Positions 44,012 to 50,965 of a stretch of DNA of 64,000 bases are shown here, piece after piece (the stretch's first letter is position 1; every line of letters starts with the position of its first letter). The stretch spans positions 1-64,000 of IMG/VR virus record IMGVR_UViG_3300007351_000277. One strand, written 5' to 3'. The stretch is from a virus. The position numbers and the translations under genes are program-made. The notes under the pieces were generated by a model. The model did not search any database and was not told the DNA's origin. It saw only the letters and a program-made list of their open reading frames with translations.

Positions 44012-45161
44012 ACCGGAATGGGCTTGGTGGCGACAGGGAAGGGATAAGTTTGGGATAGGGGTCCAAGGAAACGATTATGGTTCACTCGACCGCCTTAACG
44101 CCAGTAAGCTACTTTATATGGAAGCCGAGCTGCCTTTGTATGCTGAGAAGTATGGCAACCGAGGCATGCTGCGCACCTATCATGGCACCGAAAAGGACTG
44201 GAAGAATCCCAACAACTGGGCCTGGCATTGTGCACAGAACGTTGAGCGGTGCTATGGGTTCGGTTGTCGCGACCTTCAACCCGTGAACGAAATATGGGGA
44301 CTTGAGGGCCTTGGCGATGGCCCAGATGACTACCGGTGGGTTGGCTATGAGTGGGCGCCACGATTCCTGGATGCACTCGAACTAGAGCTTGGCGTGCGCG
44401 GCATACCGATTTGGCCTGATCCTAATGGTATAAGGATCTGGTTGTTTGCGCCAAGTCCGGGGCATAACTATGAGGATAACCACATTGGCCTGCGTCACCT
44501 GGTCAATGTGTTCAAGGACCCACGGGTCTTTGGAAGCTGCGAGCACTACTACTGGGAACGTGCCTTCGGATTCTTCGGTACCCCGGAATGGTATTACCTG
44601 GGACCTGGACGCATGCTAAAGGTGCGCGAGCGTATGCTGGGGTACGGGATCGATAAGCCAGTGTGGATTGGCGAGTACAACCGACCAGTGGACAGGCTTT
44701 CGGATAACGATATCCGTGCCTATGCTGAGGAAATAAAGCGCTTTACTCGGTGGATCAACAGTCTGGATTGGGTGGTTGGTGCCACCTACTTCCTGGGGTG
44801 CTGCTTTGACAGCAGCAATGACTTTTTTGACCTGACGTGGAATCGGACGCCAGGCATAATCGAGATGTTGTCCGACGGTTGGGACCGTCGAGATGAAGGG
44901 GAATGGGGGACAGGCGTGGTAGAGCCAATTGTAGGCGAAGGATTTAGGAAGGCTGAGGCGCTGGTGGGACCGTGGAAAGAGAACGAAATCTGGCACTTTC
45001 CCGGCGAAGAGCACGAAACGTCGATGGCCGTGGGTGCCAGGGGATTTGCTACCTGGCGACGCAGAACCAATGAGACCATCGTGTACTGTGATAACGGGGA
45101 CGTGTGGACGGACCTGGGCAACCGAGGCAACGGGCAACTGGTAAAGGTGCACCCGAGATAG
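44001..45161 (+). CDS. clan GH-A-like TIM-barrel glycoside hydrolase (endolysin or depolymerase candidate)
   Basis: Track ORF is 43983..45161. ATG 44001 follows GGGAGGAGAAGA. QPVNEIWG fits the Asn-Glu acid/base motif and VWIGEYN fits a nucleophile Glu. Confidence 0.5.
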   Translation: MRVRPEWAWWRQGRDKFGIGVQGNDYGSLDRLNASKLLYMEAELPLYAEKYGNRGMLRTYHGTEKDWKNPNNWAWHCAQNVERCYGFGCRDLQPVNEIWGLEGLGDGPDDYRWVGYEWAPRFLDALELELGVRGIPIWPDPNGIRIWLFAPSPGHNYEDNHIGLRHLVNVFKDPRVFGSCEHYYWERAFGFFGTPEWYYLGPGRMLKVRERMLGYGIDKPVWIGEYNRPVDRLSDNDIRAYAEEIKRFTRWINSLDWVVGATYFLGCCFDSSNDFFDLTWNRTPGIIEMLSDGWDRRDEGEWGTGVVEPIVGEGFRKAEALVGPWKENEIWHFPGEEHETSMAVGARGFATWRRRTNETIVYCDNGDVWTDLGNRGNGQLVKVHPR

Positions 45162-45175
45162 AAGGAGCAACAGGC

Positions 45176-45334
45176 GTGACACAGAGCATACTACCCTATT
45201 TGGACGACATCTGGGGCAGGCTGAACGAGATGGAAGCAATGGCCAACGAGATACTGGCCAAGTGTGCGCGTATCCGGGCACAGATCATCACGATCAAGCA
45301 GGGGGCAGGGCTTGACAGCCCAAAAGTGCCATAA
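45176..45334 (+). CDS. small hypothetical protein (52 aa)
   Basis: In-frame GTG 45176 after AAGGAG within track ORF 45104..45334. Confidence 0.4.
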   Translation: MTQSILPYLDDIWGRLNEMEAMANEILAKCARIRAQIITIKQGAGLDSPKVP

Positions 45335-45372
45335 GCGTTACCGATACCGAGGGTATAGAGATCGGTTTCCTG

Positions 45373-45888
45373 GTGACGCAGATGTGTGGACAATATAACG
45401 TTGATGTTTTGCTGTTTCTGGCCACCCTCATGGCAGAGTCAGGGCTGAATCCCAAGGCTGAAAGGTTTGGGTTCGAGACCCTGAACGCACAGCAGGCAAT
45501 CAACGCGGGAGACTGGGTAGCGTTACAGGCCATCATAGACCGTACCAAGCCAGATATCAGCTTTGGGTACACTCAGCTGATTGTGGGGACAGCAGCAGGC
45601 TATGGGATCGGGAATGGGCAGCACACGGTCGAGAACGTCCTTGATGTACGCGATAGGCTGTTCAATCGTCACGCATCCCTTGACTTGGGTGCTCAGCATT
45701 TACTGCGCAACATGGCTTCACCTAGTGATTGGGGCGATGATTGGCGACTACAGACCCTCATTGCCTACAACTCAGGCAGCCATCAGCCAAGGGGCAACTG
45801 GTACTGGCAAAGGTATCAGCAGAACATTCAGAACTACCTAGGGTGCCTGATCTGGGCTGAGAATCTACTGAAAACACAAGGGGGATAA
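45373..45888 (+). CDS. lytic transglycosylase (SLT-domain) endolysin
   Basis: LLFLATLMAESGLNPKAERF carries the catalytic Glu-Ser context. Further motifs: ISFGYTQL and LIAYNSG. Confidence 0.75.
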   Translation: MTQMCGQYNVDVLLFLATLMAESGLNPKAERFGFETLNAQQAINAGDWVALQAIIDRTKPDISFGYTQLIVGTAAGYGIGNGQHTVENVLDVRDRLFNRHASLDLGAQHLLRNMASPSDWGDDWRLQTLIAYNSGSHQPRGNWYWQRYQQNIQNYLGCLIWAENLLKTQGG

Positions 45889-45889
45889 C

Positions 45890-46156
45890 ATGGAAGGGGA
45901 CTTTCTGGTAGCCGGGGTATCGGCGCTGGCCATCACGATTGCGTTTGTGTTTGCGTTGCGCAGGATGTTGCATCTGACACGACAGGGTACGGTGGTGGCT
46001 GCATTCGTGATAGGCCAACTGCTTAGCGTTGGCAGTTACATGGCAGTACGTTACCCCGAGTTCACCGAGCTTTGGCAGGCCATCGTCGGTGGGCTTGTGG
46101 TGGCGCTGATGGCGATGGGCACATGGTCGGGTGGTAAGGCGCTGCAAGAGAAGTGA
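45890..46156 (+). CDS. membrane protein (three hydrophobic helices), holin/spanin-like candidate
   Basis: 88 aa: FLVAGVSALAITIAFVFAL, VVAAFVIGQLLSVGSYMAV, IVGGLVVALMAMG. Confidence 0.5.
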   Translation: MEGDFLVAGVSALAITIAFVFALRRMLHLTRQGTVVAAFVIGQLLSVGSYMAVRYPEFTELWQAIVGGLVVALMAMGTWSGGKALQEK

Positions 46157-46177
46157 TAGTGTGCCTGCAACATCCTA

Positions 46178-46206
46178 TTGACTCGTGGCGCCAGGCATGA
46201 TATATT
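46178..46206 (+). promoter_or_regulatory. sigma70-type promoter P-Y1 (TTGACT-N17-TATATT)
   Basis: Read directly. The upstream box CTGCAACATCCTA is duplicated at the second promoter. Confidence 0.65.
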
Positions 46207-46210
46207 GATG

Positions 46211-46350
46211 TTGGCAACCCCCGAGGGAAACTAATAAATAATCCGGGTCAGACCCTCTTGGTTGCTAACCCCCCTACCCGCTTCGATGAGTAGGGGCTTG
46301 GTCAAAACAAAGCAGGCACATGTGATGCATAATGTGCCTGCTTTGTTTTT
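46211..46350 (+). ncRNA. structured small RNA 1 (Y-RNA-like candidate)
   Basis: 5' TTGGCAACC (46211-46219) pairs with GGTTGCTAA (46260-46268). A second hairpin is CCCCTAC...GTAGGGG (46271-46296), followed by an intrinsic terminator. No ORF. Paralogous to RNA 2. Confidence 0.6.
46310..46350 (+). terminator. rho-independent terminator
   Basis: AAGCAGGCACAT...ATGTGCCTGCTT forms a 12-bp stem followed by TGTTTTT. Confidence 0.75.
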
Positions 46351-46366
46351 GCTCTGCAACATACTG

Positions 46367-46395
46367 TTGACTTATGGCATTAGGCATGATATATT
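46367..46395 (+). promoter_or_regulatory. sigma70-type promoter P-Y2 (TTGACT-N17-TATATT)
   Basis: Near-identical copy of P-Y1, including GGCATGATATATTGAT. Confidence 0.65.
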
Positions 46396-46399
46396 GATA

Positions 46400-46600
46400 T
46401 TGGCAACTGAGGCTGGAGGACGGGTCGAGTGTCGAGCAGCGCTTGTTATGCAATCGTCACGTCCCAAGTGCTGCTCAATGGACGTAGTGACGGACACGCA
46501 GAAGCTTGGTCCCACCATCTTGGTTGCTAATCCCCCTACTCACCTCGGTGGGTAGGCGCTTGGCGACTGTCGTAGCTTCAAAGGGGCTACGCCTAGTAAG
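46400..46600 (+). ncRNA. structured small RNA 2 (Y-RNA-like candidate; 3' end uncertain, may be the rsr leader)
   Basis: TTGGCAAC (46400-46407) pairs with GGTTGCTAA (46522-46530). Internal long-range stems are GAGCAGCGCTTG/CAAGTGCTGCTC and CGTCACGTCC/GGACGTAGTGACG. A hairpin CCTACTCACC/GGTGGGTAGG follows, then a T-loop-like hairpin CGTAGC-TTCAAAGGG-GCTACG. Confidence 0.5.
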
Positions 46601-46640
46601 GAACTACTGTATCCTGACTGGCCAGTCGCCCGAAGCACCC

Positions 46641-46668
46641 GAGGCCAGTCTTGCGCAGGACTGGCCTC
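46641..46668 (+). promoter_or_regulatory. 10-bp perfect hairpin GAGGCCAGTC/GACTGGCCTC upstream of the rsr RBS
   Basis: Read directly. It lies 22 nt upstream of ATG 46690 and may be a processing or attenuation structure. Confidence 0.4.
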
Positions 46669-46689
46669 AACTTTAGAAAGGAAACGCAG

Positions 46690-48276
46690 ATGCCCAGCAA
46701 AATCACAACCGTCTTTGGTAGTGGATCGGCACTTGAGAAGGCACCCCTGATCAACTATGAGGGTGCGCCTGCTTTCGACCGTGGCGACGAAGAGGGTCTG
46801 ATACGCACACTGATGACGGGCACGTTCGAGCCGACCTTTTACGCGGATGCCAAGACCCTGGCCAAAGATGCACAGGCCATCTTTCAGCAGTGGGCAGAGC
46901 GTGACCCCAAGTTTCTGGCCCAAGCCATTGTGTATGCTCGTAACCAGGGCTTCATGCGACTGGCCCCCATAACAGCGTTGGTGTACCTGTCGCAGGCAAA
47001 GGACAAGGTGCCCTTTTATTCAGCGTTCCGGCAAGCCATTAGGACGCCAGGGGACCTTCAGGACTTTCTGGTACTGGTTCGCGTCAGCAAGTTACGTGGC
47101 ACTGGACGGGCTGTGAAGCGTGCCTGCAACGAGTTTCTGGCTGGCCTTAGCGAGTACCATGTAATCAAATATGGCGCTGAGTCCCAGGCGTTGAGCCTGC
47201 GGGATATGTATCGCATTACCCGGCCCAAACTGGAAGGTAAGGCAAATGATCTGGCCAGGTATGTTATTGCCGGGGTCTGGACACCAGCGATGGAACAGGT
47301 TGAGTTATACGAGAGATTCAAGAGGGAGACCCACCCGGAAGAGAAGGCATGGCTGATCAATGAGGGCAGGTTGCCTCACGAAATCGTGACTGCCCACATC
47401 GGTAAGGACAAGGCGATGTGGACAAGCGTGGCTCGCCAGATGCCTATGTTTGCTTTGCTGCGCAATCTGGTCACCCTGTATCGACATGACTGCTTCGAGG
47501 ACAAGGCATTACTAGATCATGTGCTGGGGATGCTGACCAATAAGGAACGAGTGGCCAAATCCAAGCTGTTCCCATTCCGGTTTCTGGCAGCAAAGCGCAA
47601 GTGTGAGGAAGTAGGGCTTCCGCGCCTTATCCTAAGTGCACTTGAAGAAGCAGTAGAGCATTCACTGGTCAACGTCCCTGCTTTGCCTGGGCGAGTTCTG
47701 ATTGCCAACGACATATCGGGCAGCATGCAGAGTCCGATTAGTGCAACGTCGGACCTGCGTTGCTGTGATGTGGCGGGGGTACTGGCTGCTGCAATCTACC
47801 GTAAGTGTGAGGATGCAACGATCGTGTCCTTCAATCACGAGGCGCATCCCAGGGAACACCTTGGGGGACGTGGCATCCTTGAGATTGCAAATCGGATTAG
47901 CCAAGGGGATGGCGGGACTGATCTTTCGGCACCTCTCAGTTGGGCACACCGAATGAATAGGCAATTTGATACGGGCATTTTCATCACTGACTCCGAAGAT
48001 TGGGTGGCGTGGATGAAAGGCACAGAACTTACGTGGTATGGCATTCCTAGGACACTGGGGCGTGGTGCCATTGACATACTACGTTCTTATAAGAAACGGA
48101 ATCCTAATTTCAAGGCTTTTTTTCTGCAGGTACTGCCTTATGAACATGCCGTAGTACTACCATCTGAGCCTAACACGTGGTACTGCTACGGATGGAACGA
48201 TGAGGTGCTACGCTACATAGCGACTGAGGCATCTGGTGCAACGCAACTTGACACCGTGCGTAGCACGGTGTTATGA
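46690..48276 (+). CDS. rsr: Ro60-related protein Rsr (TROVE plus vWA domains)
   Basis: Track ORF is 46651..48276. ATG 46690 follows AAAGGAAA. Motifs match my recollection of Deinococcus Rsr: HVIKYGAESQALSLRDMYRITRPK, MPMFALLRNLVTLYRH, the MIDAS motif LIANDISGSM, GGTDLSAPL and IFITDSEDW. Confidence 0.92.
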   Translation: MPSKITTVFGSGSALEKAPLINYEGAPAFDRGDEEGLIRTLMTGTFEPTFYADAKTLAKDAQAIFQQWAERDPKFLAQAIVYARNQGFMRLAPITALVYLSQAKDKVPFYSAFRQAIRTPGDLQDFLVLVRVSKLRGTGRAVKRACNEFLAGLSEYHVIKYGAESQALSLRDMYRITRPKLEGKANDLARYVIAGVWTPAMEQVELYERFKRETHPEEKAWLINEGRLPHEIVTAHIGKDKAMWTSVARQMPMFALLRNLVTLYRHDCFEDKALLDHVLGMLTNKERVAKSKLFPFRFLAAKRKCEEVGLPRLILSALEEAVEHSLVNVPALPGRVLIANDISGSMQSPISATSDLRCCDVAGVLAAAIYRKCEDATIVSFNHEAHPREHLGGRGILEIANRISQGDGGTDLSAPLSWAHRMNRQFDTGIFITDSEDWVAWMKGTELTWYGIPRTLGRGAIDILRSYKKRNPNFKAFFLQVLPYEHAVVLPSEPNTWYCYGWNDEVLRYIATEASGATQLDTVRSTVL

Positions 48277-48283
48277 TGGGCAT

Positions 48284-48388
48284 GGCGAGGTGTAGATAAG
48301 CGTTACTTCAAGTTGTAACGCTAGTCCCTAACACGGACTAGCCAGTGGGTGCAAATCCCACAAAGTCGTTTATCGCTGCTTCCTTGCC
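48284..48388 (+). ncRNA. Y-RNA-like module A
   Basis: Terminal stem GGCGAGG/CCTTGCC. It carries the 5' box TGTAGATAAGCGTTACTTCAAG shared with modules B and C. Three internal hairpins are GCGTTAC-TTCAAGTT-GTAACGC, TAGTCC-CTAACAC-GGACTA and GTGGG-TGCAAAT-CCCAC. It starts 8 nt after the rsr stop. Confidence 0.5.
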
Positions 48389-48402
48389 ACTCTTAACAGC
48401 AT

Positions 48403-48471
48403 AGTGAGGTGTAGATCAGGGTTACTTCAATTTGCAGATTTGACCCGTACCTTGGTCGTCTCTTCCTCACT
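48403..48471 (+). ncRNA. Y-RNA-like module B (short, possibly degenerate)
   Basis: Terminal stem AGTGAGG/CCTCACT with the same 5' box (TGTAGATCAGGGTTACTTCAAT) and 3' box (CGTCTCTTCCTCAC). Confidence 0.35.
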
Positions 48472-48882
48472 TACCTTTTCAGCAGCCTCTGGTGAGGTGT
48501 AGTTCAGGGTTACTTCGATGGTTAATCGGGTGGTTGTGGGTTCAAGTCCCGCCACATACGTAACCCGTATGTGTAGCTCAATTGGTAGAGCACCTACGTG
48601 CCTTGAGCGCTTCTTCCTCACCTGATGACCTGCATACTCTGGTTTGTAAAGCAGTGATGCCAGGTCAGATTTTAATGCCTCAGCCAGATTGCAAACGGTG
48701 CTGATACGTGCATTGCCCCCACGCCTGCCCCGCTCTAGACGTGAGATTACCGATTGATCCACTTTGGCTTTTGCCGCTAACTGCCCCTGCGACCAGCCCC
48801 GTGCTAATCTCAATTCCCTTAAGACTGATCCGTCAAGCCTTACGTCTGTTTTGTGGGCGTTGATGCTTCCCCCTTGAAACAT
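48427..48882 (-). CDS. XRE-family HTH repressor-like protein (C-terminal extent doubtful)
   Basis: The N-terminal part LRELRLARGWSQGQLAAKAKVDQSVISRLERG is a classic cI/XRE HTH. The last ~70 codons run antisense through RNA module C and part of module B, and may be fortuitous. Confidence 0.65.
   Translation of the reverse strand: MFQGGSINAHKTDVRLDGSVLRELRLARGWSQGQLAAKAKVDQSVISRLERGRRGGNARISTVCNLAEALKSDLASLLYKPEYAGHQVRKKRSRHVGALPIELHIRVTYVAGLEPTTTRLTIEVTLNYTSPEAAEKVSEEETTKVRVKSAN
48491..48622 (+). ncRNA. YrlA-like RNA (module C) with a circularly permuted tRNA mimic
   Basis: Terminal stem GGTGAGG/CCTCACC. T-arm GTGGG-TTCAAGT-CCCGC (48536-48552). Loop-closed acceptor-like hairpin CACATACG-TAACC-CGTATGTG (48553-48573). 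D-arm TA-GCTC-AATTGGTA-GAGC-A (48574-48592). The order T-arm, closed acceptor, D-arm is the architecture described for bacterial YrlA. Confidence 0.65.
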
Positions 48883-48950
48883 GTCGATCCCCTTATTGTC
48901 ATTTTATCATAACATGAGGCATAATGCGACCAAACTGACTCCGAAATGCC

Positions 48951-48980
48951 TTGACAAGCTATGACAAAAGGCATTATAAT
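48951..48980 (+). promoter_or_regulatory. sigma70 consensus promoter (TTGACA-N18-TATAAT) for the rightward early operon
   Basis: Read directly. It is flanked and overlapped by AAGGCATT/AATGCCTT half-sites at 48945-48952, 48968-48975 and 49005-49012. Confidence 0.6.
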
Positions 48981-49010
48981 AGGGTCAGCCAAAAAGCAGG
49001 GATTAAGGCA

Positions 49011-49250
49011 TTGACAGATATTGTGACCAGACTCAAAGAACTACAACGACAACGCACCCAGGCAGAGTTTGCTGCCGAGCTGGAAATCAGCCAGGGTATG
49101 CTCAGCAAGATTTATGCCAGGAAGCGACGCATCGGCATAACGACCGCCAGAGCAATCGTCAGGCACTACCCTGACCTGACGTTACCCCTGGCTCTTTTCT
49201 TGCTATCCGATCTGGCAAGCGACAATGTGTCAGGCGCACACGGGGCCTAG
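49011..49250 (+). CDS. Cro/XRE-like HTH protein
   Basis: Track ORF is 48951..49250, but its first 20 codons are the promoter. In-frame TTG 49011 follows GGATTAAGG. HTH: QAEFAAELEISQGMLSKIYARKR. Confidence 0.6.
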   Translation: MTDIVTRLKELQRQRTQAEFAAELEISQGMLSKIYARKRRIGITTARAIVRHYPDLTLPLALFLLSDLASDNVSGAHGA

Positions 49251-49278
49251 TCCCCTGTGGATAACGAGGAGGTGACCT

Positions 49279-49491
49279 ATGGTAGCGACCTATCATCCGA
49301 CCTTGGCTGACATGGAACACCGATTCAGGCTTGCCATCCCGTTCACACCCGACGAGGATTACCAGGAGGTGGCGAGGGATGCGAAATGCGAGAACTGCGG
49401 GAAAAGGGGGATGCAAGCCTACGGGTGGAAGGGCCAGAGCACCCATTGGGTGTTCTACTGCCGACGCTGCGGGGCAGCGTCGGAAATCTAG
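49279..49491 (+). CDS. small zinc-finger protein
   Basis: 70 aa with RBS GAGGAGGTG. Cys pairs: CENCGKRG...YCRRCG. Confidence 0.5.
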   Translation: MVATYHPTLADMEHRFRLAIPFTPDEDYQEVARDAKCENCGKRGMQAYGWKGQSTHWVFYCRRCGAASEI

Positions 49492-49502
49492 GGCCATCAA
49501 AG

Positions 49503-49811
49503 ATGCGCGTCGCATCTGGCTTAAGTGCAGACAGAACAGGGAGCAAGCAAGTGGATTGCAATTGCAAAGCGTGCCAGGGCCTGAATAGGAGATACAAGAA
49601 CGACCCGGTTTTGTTGGCGCACTATCGCAAAAAGTTACTCGTTCGAGGGTGGGCAGGCAAGAGTAACGACCCAGTTGAAAAGGCTTACGTTTTGGCACAT
49701 GCAGAGTGGGCGCGAAAAGCCAGTGAACGCTGTAAAACCAACGCTGGCATGCAAAACACCCGTATCAGGCGTGCCATTTCGACCGAGACAGTATCCAGGG
49801 TATCCGACTGA
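49503..49811 (+). CDS. hypothetical Cys-motif protein
   Basis: In-frame ATG 49503 within track ORF 49386..49811. GTG 49551 after GGGAG is an alternative start. Motif DCNCKACQGLNRRYKND. Confidence 0.45.
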   Translation: MRVASGLSADRTGSKQVDCNCKACQGLNRRYKNDPVLLAHYRKKLLVRGWAGKSNDPVEKAYVLAHAEWARKASERCKTNAGMQNTRIRRAISTETVSRVSD

Positions 49812-49844
49812 TTTTCTACCGACATTTATAGCGAGGAGACGACG

Positions 49845-50468
49845 ATGACCGACAAGTTCGATGCAAGCAAATACCTGATGAAGCTGAAGGGCAAGGACTA
49901 TCTTGAGGTTAAGTGGCGACTACTGTGGCTCAGGACCGAGCACCCTGACGCCATCGTCAGCACCGAGCTTATGGCACGGGAAGATGGGTACGCACTCTTC
50001 AAGGCCACGGTTAAGATTCCGGGGGGTGGCGAGGCTACCGGGTGGGGAAGCGAGACCAAGCAGGACTTTGGGGATTTCGTCGAGAAAGCCGAGACCAAAG
50101 GATTAGGCAGGGCCTTGGCTGCACTTGGCTATGGCACCCAGTTCTGTGACGACTTCGACTTCAACAAGGGTGAGCAGGCAGAGAAAATGAAGGTGGTGGA
50201 TGCACCGGCAGAGAAGCCTAAAGCGCCAACCAAGGCTACTGTGTCCATAGACGACGCGAAGAAGGCACTGCTGACCAAGATTAGGAACAAGGTTGACGAC
50301 TATCCCGAGCTGTTTGAATCTTACGACAAGGTGTTGGCACGTATTGCTACGTCCTGCAATCGTGAGATTGCTGACCTGACCACGGGCCAGCTCGAAGCTG
50401 CACTGAAGGGCATGCAGACCAAGATCGATGCTGCTGCCAAGGCGCAAGAGGGGGGGAAATCCAAATGA
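49845..50468 (+). CDS. Rad52/Sak-like single-strand annealing protein
   Basis: YLEVKWRLLWLRTEHPD... and EKAETKGLGRALAALGYG resemble the Rad52-family (K)AxTDAxKRAxxxFGIG signature. The C terminus is a charged tail. Confidence 0.55.
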   Translation: MTDKFDASKYLMKLKGKDYLEVKWRLLWLRTEHPDAIVSTELMAREDGYALFKATVKIPGGGEATGWGSETKQDFGDFVEKAETKGLGRALAALGYGTQFCDDFDFNKGEQAEKMKVVDAPAEKPKAPTKATVSIDDAKKALLTKIRNKVDDYPELFESYDKVLARIATSCNREIADLTTGQLEAALKGMQTKIDAAAKAQEGGKSK

Positions 50469-50965
50469 TAACCAGGCATGATGTGGACGGAACGTACCAC
50501 ATACTGGAAATCGATGCGCAGTGTACCGACTGCCAAGGCACGGGGGTGTATAGGGGCTCGCGTGAACGAGATGGTAGTGGGGTTGTGTGTGATTATTGCA
50601 AAGGCACTGGCAGGCAAACAATGGTCATTAGGTGGGACGACTTCTCTGGACGTAAGCCACGAACCGACATTGTACGTATCTACGAAACCAACCCCTTTGC
50701 GGTAATCCGTGTGAGCCAAGAAACATCCCTGGAAGACTTTGGGGGGATGCCTTACGAGGACTGGTTGCAAGGAAAGCCCTTTCCCCCAAAATCGGAAATG
50801 CGCAAGTTCACTTGTCCTGCTCAGTGGTTCAATGGCAAAATCCACTTTTCGTGGGATACCTGCACACGTGGATCATTTTCTTTATGTGCGCACTACGCAG
50901 AGAAAGACAAGTGCTGGGAACGGTGGGACACAGAGCAGGAAGGGAAGGTGTTTTATGGCATGTGA
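50465..50965 (+). CDS. DnaJ-type zinc-finger (CxxCxGxG x2) protein
   Basis: CTDCQGTG and CDYCKGTG. Confidence 0.55.
   Translation: MITRHDVDGTYHILEIDAQCTDCQGTGVYRGSRERDGSGVVCDYCKGTGRQTMVIRWDDFSGRKPRTDIVRIYETNPFAVIRVSQETSLEDFGGMPYEDWLQGKPFPPKSEMRKFTCPAQWFNGKIHFSWDTCTRGSFSLCAHYAEKDKCWERWDTEQEGKVFYGM

Noticed and set aside
46651-46689. TTG 46651 as the rsr start (track ORF start)
   Set aside because: It lies inside a 10-bp perfect hairpin and lacks an RBS. ATG 46690 is preceded by AAAGGAAA, and the Rsr-like sequence begins there.
48536-48600. Canonical tRNA gene suggested by GGTTCAAGTCC and TAGCTCAATTGGTAGAGC
   Set aside because: The T-arm precedes the D-arm and the acceptor stem is closed by a loop, so it cannot be a standard tRNA. 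I interpret it as a permuted tRNA mimic of a Y-like RNA. No anticodon arm or CCA context is present.
48284-48622. CRISPR array (tandem ~100-nt units), and likewise the TTGGACA repeats at 60755-60843
   Set aside because: The units are structured RNAs of unequal length with only end-box similarity. The iterons are 7-nt motifs in both orientations. Neither has regular repeat-spacer periodicity, and no cas genes are present.
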